Assembly (NCBI GenBank): GCA_039811685.1
Contig: JBDHZC010000001.1
Span: 704,001-768,000, forward strand
DNA from: Armatimonadota bacterium
GTDB taxonomy: Bacteria > Armatimonadota > UBA5829 > DSUL01
Reading direction: 5' to 3'
DNA: 64,000 nt
Under the pieces are notes generated by a model. It did no database searches. It saw nothing but the letters and a program-made list of their open reading frames with translations, and was not told the origin of the DNA. A program made the translations under genes and the position numbers. This document shows, piece after piece, positions 55,583 to 64,000 of this stretch (its first letter is position 1; the number at the start of each line of letters is the position of its first letter).

Positions 55583-57766
55583 TTATTGTGCGTGACTTCT
55601 CTCCAGCACGACAACTGCGGCGCTGCGCGCGCCAACTGTCACCCTGTGCTCCCGGTCTGCGGTTTTGCGCGCCGGCGAAGGCTCACCTGCTTTGATCACG
55701 CTCACGGCGAAGTGCTCACCCTCACCAATACCCACCGCTTCCAAAGGAAGTTTCAGCGCGATCTCGTGAGCCTCATCGCTTACGTTCGCAAGCGCCACTC
55801 CAACCCTTCCCTTTTCGGATTTCCAGACACTCGCAAGAACTGAGGGCATCGAGATGGGATACGTCGCATCAGAGAAAGCGGCAGATCCTTCGCCGGTCAC
55901 GACCGGATTGTCCCCGCCAGCCTGCAATTCGCCGAGGAACCGTCCCTCGGCCAAAAACTCGTGCGCGAGGTGACGGCAGCGGGACAGGTTGCGGAGAAAC
56001 TCTGCCTCGGTTGAGGCTTTTGGATCCATTATCCGTCCAACACCAACCCATCCAAGCTGTGAACCCCAGACGAAAGCTCTTCCCATCTTTGCGCGCCACG
56101 GAAGCGAACGATCGAGGTCGTCCGGAGCAATGTACTGGAATCCAAACGCGATCGCGCGTCCCGAATACACGGCCGGAAAGATCGGAATCGGGCGCGCGGC
56201 GGCGGAGGCCGGGGTATTCACGAGCAGGAGCGCATCCAGCTGGTCATTCCAGCACTCCCCATCTTCCTCCGTGGTTATCGCTTTGTCTTCCGGCAGTTCC
56301 CGGCGAATTTGGTCCAGCATCCGGCGGTAACCCTCCACCCAGAATGTCCCACCGCCAGGAGGGTGCCCGTGTCCGGTTGCAAAGCAGCGCTCGGGATGAG
56401 CCGCTCCAATCTGGTCAATATACACAGCATCCACTCCGTACTCCTGCGTAAGCCGCCTGACCAGACCTGCAATCTTATCCTGCCAGAAGCCTGTCGCCGG
56501 ACACATCACATTCAAGGGGACCTTGGAGCCATAGACCTCTGTGTAAGGCTCCCCATCCTCTTTGCGCGCCGCCCACCTGCTGCCGCCCTCTTCGTTCCAG
56601 GTTGTAGAGTTGGGATCGCAAAGGCGTCCGTTGATATAAGGCATCACGCGAAAGCCGGCTTCCTGCAGCTTGCGCACACCTTCGGCGAAGTTCGGCTTGG
56701 CCGGGAAATACTCGGGGTAGAGCGTATCGAAGGGAATCTCGTGCCAGCGATACCAGTGAAGCGCGATGGGCACTCCGAAGTACTCCGAGGCTTCAATGCA
56801 CGCCTCGACATTCTCGAGAGGCTCCGGCGCCGGCATAAGCCACAGGTCCGTATCCCTCATCCACGAAGGAATAGCTCTGTGTCCGAGCGTCAGGTCTTTT
56901 CCCCACTTCGTCTCGAAAGTGAAGTCCCGGTAGAGACTGGCTGCCTCGTAATGACTTCCGCGAAAGGCCGCGATAACAGGCTGGTAGGGTAAACGCCACT
57001 GTGACTGACCTGGCTCGAGAGCCAGCCAGTTGGAACAGACGAAGCTGGCATGGGATTCGTCTGCTCTGGCCACCAGGCGTTTGTGCGATCCGCGCACATC
57101 GTGCAGTCCAATGTAGAGGCCACGCGCCGCATCGTAAAACGCCGTAAACTGCATGGCCGCCATAACAGAAGGGTAGGTAGCGCCGTAGGACATTCCCGGC
57201 TTTACCGGATATTCACAACCCCAGCCAGCGGGTGCGGCGAACTTCAGTCCGCGGCGGAGGGCGATGTTTGGAATCCGCGGAAAGTCTGCCCGCACGACTG
57301 TCCAGCCAGCAGCCACCGTTGCCGACAGCGACCAGCGCGTCAGCGACTTCTCCGCATCTGCCACCACCTTCATCTGGACACTGGTGAGCCCTTGCGCTGA
57401 ATCTCCATCCCATTCGACCAGAACTTCTCCGGACCGCTGCTCGAAATGACTCAGAGCCAGGGTGGAGGCCGACACATCGGATGTTTTCGACTCCGGACCC
57501 TCCAGCGCAATCTGCCACAGACTGCCGTCTTCACCAGCCTCACTCAGCCACTGCGTCGCGCCCGTTGAAACCTCTTGCAGCTTCAAGCGCTTCGACTCGG
57601 CAGCAAAAACGAGCTTTAAATCGCCGCTTCTCAGTGTGGCGATGTTGCCTGTCATCGCATCCTCCCCACTTGCAGCCCCTGACAAAAGCAGAAGCGCACC
57701 CAGTAACGCACACAGCAGGCGCCGAACGCTGCCGTTCAGCGACTCGCGAGAGAACGATAGTATCAT
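55583..57766 (-). CDS. Secreted DUF6259-like putative glycoside hydrolase
   Basis: Signal peptide; HWYRWHEIPFDTLYPEYFP, VMPYINGRL, MCPAT..W, VYIDQI, GHPPGGG motifs; AGGAGG RBS. Confidence 0.7.
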   Translation of the reverse strand: MILSFSRESLNGSVRRLLCALLGALLLLSGAASGEDAMTGNIATLRSGDLKLVFAAESKRLKLQEVSTGATQWLSEAGEDGSLWQIALEGPESKTSDVSASTLALSHFEQRSGEVLVEWDGDSAQGLTSVQMKVVADAEKSLTRWSLSATVAAGWTVVRADFPRIPNIALRRGLKFAAPAGWGCEYPVKPGMSYGATYPSVMAAMQFTAFYDAARGLYIGLHDVRGSHKRLVARADESHASFVCSNWLALEPGQSQWRLPYQPVIAAFRGSHYEAASLYRDFTFETKWGKDLTLGHRAIPSWMRDTDLWLMPAPEPLENVEACIEASEYFGVPIALHWYRWHEIPFDTLYPEYFPAKPNFAEGVRKLQEAGFRVMPYINGRLCDPNSTTWNEEGGSRWAARKEDGEPYTEVYGSKVPLNVMCPATGFWQDKIAGLVRRLTQEYGVDAVYIDQIGAAHPERCFATGHGHPPGGGTFWVEGYRRMLDQIRRELPEDKAITTEEDGECWNDQLDALLLVNTPASAAARPIPIFPAVYSGRAIAFGFQYIAPDDLDRSLPWRAKMGRAFVWGSQLGWVGVGRIMDPKASTEAEFLRNLSRCRHLAHEFLAEGRFLGELQAGGDNPVVTGEGSAAFSDATYPISMPSVLASVWKSEKGRVGVALANVSDEAHEIALKLPLEAVGIGEGEHFAVSVIKAGEPSPARKTADREHRVTVGARSAAVVVLERSHAQ

Positions 57767-58088
57767 GCATTCATCCTCCTGGAGCCTTGCCTCAATTTCA
57801 CCTGACGCCTCCGACTCTTCTTGTTGGTGATCAACCTGGTTGCGTCCCAACCTCTTCCGCGCTGCGGGCAGTGGGACCTGCCGGAGGGGCCGGAAGCACA
57901 GGACGAGGGGTAAAAAAAACGGCCCATGCGCCAGGTGCCTGCCGGAAGGGCGCGTCAAGGGGGGCAGTGAAAAGGCTGGAAACAACCGCGATTAGAAGAT
58001 ATATTAGAACCGCTGCTGGCGCGCCAGAGATGGACGCGCAAGGCGAAAGACAGCGCCGCGAAATAACCTGCGAGGAGTTCTGTCATAA

Positions 58089-58970
58089 ATGCCGAATGTC
58101 TGGCTCGCGCTTGGGCTTACGCTGTTCGCGGGAATGGCCACCGGAATCGGAAGCGTCATCGCCTTCGCTGCCCACCGGACAAACTACCGCTTTCTGTCTG
58201 TTGCGGCCGGCTTTTCCGCGGGCGTTATGCTCTATGTCTCTTTCGTTGAGATATTTCCCGAAGGAACTCGCGCCCTCATCAGTGCGTACGGCCCGCGCCT
58301 CGGACACTGGCTCAATGCGGGGTCGTTCTTCGCAGGGATGCTGCTCATCGGGATTATCGACAATCTGATCCCCGCAGCCGAAAACCCACATGAGACGCAC
58401 GCACAAGCGCAACGCGATATCCTGCATGACCCATCAGTATCCACATCACCGGCTGCCGGCGCCGGACACAGCCATCACAGCGCCAGTGCGGCCAACGGAC
58501 ATCTCCACCGCATGGGACTTTTCACGGCGATCGCAATCGGTATTCACAACTTCCCCGAGGGACTCGCCACATTTGTGGCCGCGCTGGAAGATCCCAAGCT
58601 TGGCGTCGCTATCGCGGTGGCAGTCGCGCTACACAACATCCCCGAAGGCATCAGCGTGTCCGTGCCGATCTACTATGCAACAGGAAACCGGGCCAAAGCC
58701 TTCTATTATTCGGTGCTGAGTGGCCTGGCCGAACCAGTAGGGGCGATCATAGGTTATTTGATCCTGATACTCTTTTCCGGAACCACAGACGGTCAGATAC
58801 CTGCCGCTCTGATGGGCACGCTGTTCGGTGGAATCGCAGGCATCATGGTCTATATCAGCCTTGATGAACTCCTGCCGACAAGCCGCGCCTATGGCCAGGG
58901 CCATGACAGCCTGTACGGACTGGTTGCAGGGATGGTGGTGATGTCGCTCAGCCTGCTCCTCACCAAATAG
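58089..58970 (+). CDS. zupT: ZIP family zinc transporter
   Basis: [32 protein letters not shown] motifs; His-rich loop. Confidence 0.93.
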   Translation: MPNVWLALGLTLFAGMATGIGSVIAFAAHRTNYRFLSVAAGFSAGVMLYVSFVEIFPEGTRALISAYGPRLGHWLNAGSFFAGMLLIGIIDNLIPAAENPHETHAQAQRDILHDPSVSTSPAAGAGHSHHSASAANGHLHRMGLFTAIAIGIHNFPEGLATFVAALEDPKLGVAIAVAVALHNIPEGISVSVPIYYATGNRAKAFYYSVLSGLAEPVGAIIGYLILILFSGTTDGQIPAALMGTLFGGIAGIMVYISLDELLPTSRAYGQGHDSLYGLVAGMVVMSLSLLLTK

Positions 58971-59090
58971 CCAGAAACGGCTTCGACGGCGAGCGGATCC
59001 TGTAATCTCCTTCACGGAAGTCAAGTCAGTGGTACAGTTTATGCACTAAACCTGTACAGAGATTGACATTATGAAAGGAGGCAACAGAGA

Positions 59091-59339
59091 GTGAAGTACT
59101 CTACCTATATTGCCGTCGTCGCTTCCATCGCCGCTGTCGCGTTTGGCACGGTGGCGTTCCACGGTCGGACAGCGGCCGCAGATGCTGACGGGTCACCGCT
59201 GTTTGCGTACAGAATCGTGACACTTGCCAGCGCACACCCGTCAGTGCAGCAGGACATCCTGAATCAGTGGGCGCGCAACGGCTGGGAGCTTATTACGGTG
59301 GACGAAAGACAAGCCTATCTCAAAAGACGCCTGCGCTGA
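59091..59339 (+). CDS. Small exported protein with DUF4177-like motif
   Basis: AAGGAGG RBS, hydrophobic N-terminus, LNQWARNGWELITV...YLKR. Confidence 0.7.
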   Translation: MKYSTYIAVVASIAAVAFGTVAFHGRTAAADADGSPLFAYRIVTLASAHPSVQQDILNQWARNGWELITVDERQAYLKRRLR

Positions 59340-59447
59340 GGCGAATCTGGTCGGGGAGTAGATAGGACACAGAGCTCTGCCTCAGAGCAGGCGCCAGACC
59401 AACGGAGCGCACAAACCAGCCAGACTCCGAACAAAGCCTCTGTAAGT

Positions 59448-59476
59448 TTGACAGGGTTCATGGCAAAGAGTACAAT
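59448..59476 (+). promoter_or_regulatory. Sigma-70 promoter for the terminal three-gene operon
   Basis: TTGACA-17 bp-TACAAT. Confidence 0.75.
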
Positions 59477-59505
59477 TGAAGGTCTTTGTCAACCATGGAG
59501 CATGG

Positions 59506-61317
59506 ATGCAGCTTATGAGGTTTTGGTCAGCGCTACTTGTTGTCTCTCTTCTAGCTACAGGGCCGGTCACCCCGGCTCGAGGAGCAGCGTCAGTCCAGAC
59601 GCGCACTATCAGCGGCGGTGCGCAGGTTGTCGTCAATGGGCAACCGGCTTTGTCGCTGCGCACGTCTTCCGGTGGCTATGACGCGGCGCAACGGGCGGGT
59701 ATTGCGGCGAAGCGGATAAGCGACATGGTCGCGCAGAAACAGCCGGCCTCCAAGATCCGGGTCAAGGCTCACGGTGGAATGGTGTCCGTCGTGTGGGGCC
59801 ATCAGACAATCGCCAACGCTACTGCCGCAGAGGCTAAAGCTCAAGGCTCCGCACCACATTCCCTCGCGAGTCTCTGGGCAGAAAGGTTGCGCGCCCAGCT
59901 CAGTTTGCCTCCGCTCAAGCTTGTGCAGCGCGACCTGACAGTTCCCGTTGGAGAGACACGCAAGTCGCAGATTATTGGCTATTCCACCGGGCCTTTCACG
60001 GTAACAGCGGAGCCTGCCGGTGTCGCTACGCCAACTGTTGAGGCCTCAGGTACGCTTGTCGTTCAGGGTGTGAGGCCGGGCGTCGCATTAGTGCGCGTGA
60101 GCTCACCCGACGGCACTGATCAGATCAGCGTCACTGTGGCAAAGTACGCGGGACGCCTGGTGACAGCGTCCATTCCAGCCGAAGTCTCCGGCAAGAGCGT
60201 TCCCGCGGACGTTGTGGCTGAGGCGGCGTGGCGAGCGGCGCGCGTGACGTGCGCTCTGGAGCCAGGTGCAAGAGCAGATGTCACACTGGCGGCCAAGCCG
60301 ACGGCTATGTCGGACTCAAGGACCCGCCAGACCGTAGCGGCAATAGTGAAAATGAGCGGAGCCGGGTATCTGGACGCGCGCGTGCCCACCACCGTTGAAG
60401 TGATTCGTACCGCCGCTCCAACAATGCCTGCGAAAATGCTGTTCTACAGCAACAATCCCGAACGTGTTCTCCACCCGCAGCCCCTGTATGCTGCTCCTCT
60501 TACGCCCAATGAATCCGCCAGACTGCTGTACCATCATCAGAATGGCAGTGGTCAAAAGATGCGGGTAAGCATTATGCTCGTGAACACTTCGAGCGAAGTT
60601 GCCAAGATTCACACAATTGGCGCCCTCGCTGATCCCAGACAGGACCCCGTCGTTGTCGGATACCGCGCAGGCGCGCAGTTCCTGCAGGACCTGCACAACG
60701 GTGTTGGCTATGACGTTTTTCTCCCGCCGAAGAGCCGCAGCATCCTCTGGACAGGCATACTGGACAAGATGGAAACGGCCAGCGGTATTCTCCAGATGAG
60801 GCAGATGCTTGGCGGGAATGGCGTTCTGGTACGGGTGCTGTCTGAACCCGCTGGCATCACGAGGACTGCCCAGGACATTACGCCGGCGGAGGCTTCTGAT
60901 TATTCTCTGTCATTCTCCGCTCATCAGTACCCTCGCCCCGTTCGAGAGCTCAGCGAAGAATATGTCGCAGGCGATCGCTGGTTGTTCATTCGCGTTGGGA
61001 AACACGCTATTCCCGACGCCAGGGAAAGCCAGAAACTGGACGGTAACTACGGCGTGATCTACAAGATCGATCTGACAATTTCGAACCCTACCCCGCACGT
61101 AAAGAATGTACAGGTAATGTTTGACCCGACGGCTGGCGTTGCCGGAGTGGCTTCAATGATTGACGGACAGTTCCACGGAAAATCGCACGTTGTGGGCACC
61201 CGCGAATTGCCGCTGGCTAAGTACACTCTCAACCCCGGTGAGCAGCGCAAGGTCCACATGAGCACCGTCCCTCTGGCCGGATCCAACTACCCGGCAACCA
61301 TCGTTGTCCGGTCTTGA
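59506..61317 (+). CDS. Secreted hypothetical protein (Ig-like middle region, YSNNPE-containing C-terminal domain)
   Basis: GGAG RBS before ATG 59506; signal peptide; the track start at 59476 overlaps the -10 box. Confidence 0.8.
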   Translation: MQLMRFWSALLVVSLLATGPVTPARGAASVQTRTISGGAQVVVNGQPALSLRTSSGGYDAAQRAGIAAKRISDMVAQKQPASKIRVKAHGGMVSVVWGHQTIANATAAEAKAQGSAPHSLASLWAERLRAQLSLPPLKLVQRDLTVPVGETRKSQIIGYSTGPFTVTAEPAGVATPTVEASGTLVVQGVRPGVALVRVSSPDGTDQISVTVAKYAGRLVTASIPAEVSGKSVPADVVAEAAWRAARVTCALEPGARADVTLAAKPTAMSDSRTRQTVAAIVKMSGAGYLDARVPTTVEVIRTAAPTMPAKMLFYSNNPERVLHPQPLYAAPLTPNESARLLYHHQNGSGQKMRVSIMLVNTSSEVAKIHTIGALADPRQDPVVVGYRAGAQFLQDLHNGVGYDVFLPPKSRSILWTGILDKMETASGILQMRQMLGGNGVLVRVLSEPAGITRTAQDITPAEASDYSLSFSAHQYPRPVRELSEEYVAGDRWLFIRVGKHAIPDARESQKLDGNYGVIYKIDLTISNPTPHVKNVQVMFDPTAGVAGVASMIDGQFHGKSHVVGTRELPLAKYTLNPGEQRKVHMSTVPLAGSNYPATIVVRS

Positions 61318-62936
61318 CGCCGCCCACGCCGCTGCAGGTGGCTCTGGTTGCGATTCTCGCGGCAACGGGCTCGGGCGGTCTGTGTGGGCAAGGGGCTGAG
61401 GTTACGCAAATGACTCACAGTGCCGGAGCCGAAGCGCGCATCCTCTGGTGTGACTCTGCGGCCAACTTTGCGCGCCTGTCCACCCGGGATGGAGTCAGGA
61501 GCGTGATGGCCAAATGCAGTGAAGCCAACCTCAACATGGTTGTCGTCGATGTCAAGGACATCAACGGCAGAGTCCTCTACAACAGCTCCATCGCACCTCA
61601 CGACGACGAGAAGGACGGAATCAGGCGGGATGCAGGTTATGACTTGCTGCAGGTCGCAACTGAAGAGGCCAGACGGGTTAATATCGCGCCTTACGCCAGC
61701 ATCAATGTCTTTTCAGAAGGCCGGCAGGGACACGGCGGCCCAGCGACTGAGCGTCCCGAACTGCAGAGCACTATCTATACCCCGGAACCCTGGGTGACAA
61801 TCGAAGATGACGGCTATCCCGCTTCGTCTGTCAACAAGCGGGCGCTGCCCGGACGTCTCGCAGTATTTGAAAACGCTGCAGAGGCTGGCGCGCAGCAGCC
61901 CGGTGAGACATTTGTATTTCTCGACAGAGGCGCCGGAAGGATTGTACCGGCAGGCGAAGAGGTTGCCCTCAGCAGTTGCGTCCTGTTAGTCGCGAGCGGT
62001 GAAGCTGGCAACTGGTTGGGCCAACTAAGACCCGGGCAGCAGGCAGAGCTGATAGCAAAGCCTCGCTTCATTCCCGCGGGGCTGGCAGCAGAAGAGCACA
62101 ACGCTATATTCGTCAACCCATCAAACCCGGTGGCGAGAGACTACGAGCTGAGTGTTATTAAAGAAATTGTGCAGAACTATGACATTGATGGACTAGTTCT
62201 GGACAGGATGCGCTACCCGGGGCTGAATTCGGATTTCAGCGACCTTTCACGGCAGCAATTTGAAACCTGGCTTGGACGCAAGGTGAATCACTGGCCTGAA
62301 GAGATCATCGCCTTCGGACCCCTGCCGTCTGACAAACCGGTCTGGGGCCCACTGTTTCCTCAGTGGATCGAGTGGCGGGCGAGTGTGATCACATCATTTC
62401 TGAGCGAAGCGCACACAGTTATCAAGGAAGCGGGCAAGGAGACATCTGTCTATGTAGGCTCGTGGTACTGGGACTACTACCCACTGGGTGTAAACTGGGC
62501 TTCTGACAAATTCCACATTCAGACCGCCTGGCCCTCTGAGCAGTACGCGTCAACTGGCTATGCCGCGCTCAACGACTGGATGACGACCGGATGTTACTAT
62601 CCGACTCCCACCCGTGAGGAGGCTTCAGTCGCAGGGAAGCCGCCCGGAGGCACAGTGGAAGCTGCTGCCGAGACTTCGGTTAAAGCAATTGGGGCCGCCT
62701 CTTTTACATACGGAGGACTCTACCTGCTCGACTACAAGGGCGATCCAGACAGGTTTTGTCGTGCAGTAGATGTGTGCCGGCAGGTAACACAGGGAGTCAT
62801 GCTCTTTGATCTTGTCTATCTTGAAGATTATGGGTGGTGGGACGTAGTAAAAAAGGCCTTTCCACAACCCGCTCGCATCCCTCATAAAATAGACTCCTTG
62901 CGAAGTCAAATGCATGAGCTGTATGAGAGTCAGTAG
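61314..62936 (+). CDS. Glycoside hydrolase-like family 10 (GHL10/DUF187) protein
   Basis: VVDVKDINGRVLY, YDLLQ, FVNPSNP, YDIDGLVLDRMRY, WIEWRASVIT motifs; overlaps the upstream stop. Confidence 0.8.
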   Translation: MTPPTPLQVALVAILAATGSGGLCGQGAEVTQMTHSAGAEARILWCDSAANFARLSTRDGVRSVMAKCSEANLNMVVVDVKDINGRVLYNSSIAPHDDEKDGIRRDAGYDLLQVATEEARRVNIAPYASINVFSEGRQGHGGPATERPELQSTIYTPEPWVTIEDDGYPASSVNKRALPGRLAVFENAAEAGAQQPGETFVFLDRGAGRIVPAGEEVALSSCVLLVASGEAGNWLGQLRPGQQAELIAKPRFIPAGLAAEEHNAIFVNPSNPVARDYELSVIKEIVQNYDIDGLVLDRMRYPGLNSDFSDLSRQQFETWLGRKVNHWPEEIIAFGPLPSDKPVWGPLFPQWIEWRASVITSFLSEAHTVIKEAGKETSVYVGSWYWDYYPLGVNWASDKFHIQTAWPSEQYASTGYAALNDWMTTGCYYPTPTREEASVAGKPPGGTVEAAAETSVKAIGAASFTYGGLYLLDYKGDPDRFCRAVDVCRQVTQGVMLFDLVYLEDYGWWDVVKKAFPQPARIPHKIDSLRSQMHELYESQ

Positions 62937-64000
62937 ACTCATTTTAGTCTGCATTTTGCTGTTGATTGTCGGCGCATCCGCGCGAGCGCAGTCACCAACT
63001 GCTTCAGAGCTATTCAGTATCCGCATTGAAAACGTCCCGGATGGGCGCATCCAGGTAAAAATGAGCCGCGAGCGTGTGTGGACGACAGTAGGACACGTGC
63101 TTGAACCGGCTGTGCAGACTGTCTCGACCTTCGCTGCGGCTGCCTACGTCCCGGCTGGAGCTGTTGCAGCTACGGCTGTCCACGGTATTCGCATAAGAAC
63201 CCCGTCCTCCGGGTCAGCTCCGGTGGGAATCAGCATTCAGCCGAGAGAGTTCAGGATGATGCCGGAGCGATACGGCGGTCATATTCCGGGCAAATCGGCA
63301 GTTGTTACGGACATAGGCGCAGGGGAAGCAATCTTTCGGGAGTTCGCGCCTCTCGTAGGAGATCCTGTACAAATTGAGACATCAAGCGGACTGCAGAGTC
63401 TGCCTCAGGACTGGCAGCCAACTCCGGGCGACGTGCTGGTGATCACATCCAGTGAGCCCGCCAGGCAAATTGTCGCTGTGGAGTTCGAAAATCGTGCGGG
63501 TGGAGCTGTCACCACCGTCGATAGCAGCGGAGAGCGCCGCAAGATAGGCGTTGTCAGGCAGGCGGTTCGCGGAATAGGTCGCTTCGATGGCACCAGCTAC
63601 ACGGGTGTCGGCGCGGTTAACACCAACCACGGCGGGGTTATCACTATCTCGACAGCCCCGGCGACTCGACCCGTCGACGAGGGACAGCAGCCGGAATCGC
63701 GTGGCGGTTTCGAGATTCAGCCGTATCAGCACTCAAAGTCACAACCTCCGATGCCGCAGGCAATGATTGTTGCGCCGCTGGACAACGCCAACACATTTGA
63801 AGGTGAAGGTCCACTTTTCTACGGCATGCTGACTCTGGGTAACGGCGCTGATGTCGTGGATATGCGTGTGGGCAACGGGCCGTGGCGCGCGCTTCCAGCT
63901 CTGGTAGGCAAGATAGACGACGCGCTGACAGGCACAGGACTGAGCCGCCTGCTGCCGCCCATAGGAAGCGGCGAAGGGGTAAGCGCACTGCGCATTCGCC
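62923..64000 (+). CDS. Secreted hypothetical protein (runs off the window; absent from the ORF track)
   Basis: MRVSRLILVCILLLIVGASARA-Q signal peptide; frame continues VAATAVHGIRI...GRFDGTSY...NHGGVITIST...GGFEIQP. Confidence 0.8.
   Translation, partial: MRVSRLILVCILLLIVGASARAQSPTASELFSIRIENVPDGRIQVKMSRERVWTTVGHVLEPAVQTVSTFAAAAYVPAGAVAATAVHGIRIRTPSSGSAPVGISIQPREFRMMPERYGGHIPGKSAVVTDIGAGEAIFREFAPLVGDPVQIETSSGLQSLPQDWQPTPGDVLVITSSEPARQIVAVEFENRAGGAVTTVDSSGERRKIGVVRQAVRGIGRFDGTSYTGVGAVNTNHGGVITISTAPATRPVDEGQQPESRGGFEIQPYQHSKSQPPMPQAMIVAPLDNANTFEGEGPLFYGMLTLGNGADVVDMRVGNGPWRALPALVGKIDDALTGTGLSRLLPPIGSGEGVSALRIR

Noticed and set aside
57990..58088. Metal riboswitch or Zur box upstream of zupT
   Set aside because: No recognisable yybP-ykoY, NiCo or fluoride consensus and no convincing palindrome

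Overview
Chromosomal window of a GC-rich bacterium. Gene content (PEP-CTERM protein, CsgG-like proteins, large secreted repeat proteins, four-domain S1) suggests Armatimonadota, which is an inference. Housekeeping genes include the cmk 3' end, plsC, dnaN, uvrB, coaE, rpsA, polA, sppA, tsaB, tsaE, thiL, zupT, tRNA-Leu(CAA) and tRNA-Ala(CGC). Sugar and amino-sugar catabolism genes include a GH172-like enzyme, namZ, an SIS-domain enzyme, a nucleoside hydrolase, an xylB-like kinase, a sugar ABC permease and binding protein, and DUF6259- and GHL10-like hydrolases. The standout is a ~21 kb, six-gene minus-strand cluster (9385-30216) between coaE and uvrB. Two CsgG/HfaB-like proteins with matching basic/hydrophobic/Gly/PPPPP-hydrophobic architecture bracket four secreted proteins: an S8 protease, a ~680-aa protein, and 1568-aa and 2675-aa repeat proteins. 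All four share a ~180-200-aa C-terminal 'GWNQI...GYWxR' domain, making this a candidate undescribed secretion or surface-assembly system. Other notable items are a cohesin+HYR+dockerin-like protein, a sigma-54 promoter before the PEP-CTERM gene, a pseudoknot-like RNA candidate upstream of the SIS gene, and two genes that appear to lack canonical start codons. No CRISPR array, IS element, integrase or rRNA was seen. Family assignments are by motif recognition, not database search.
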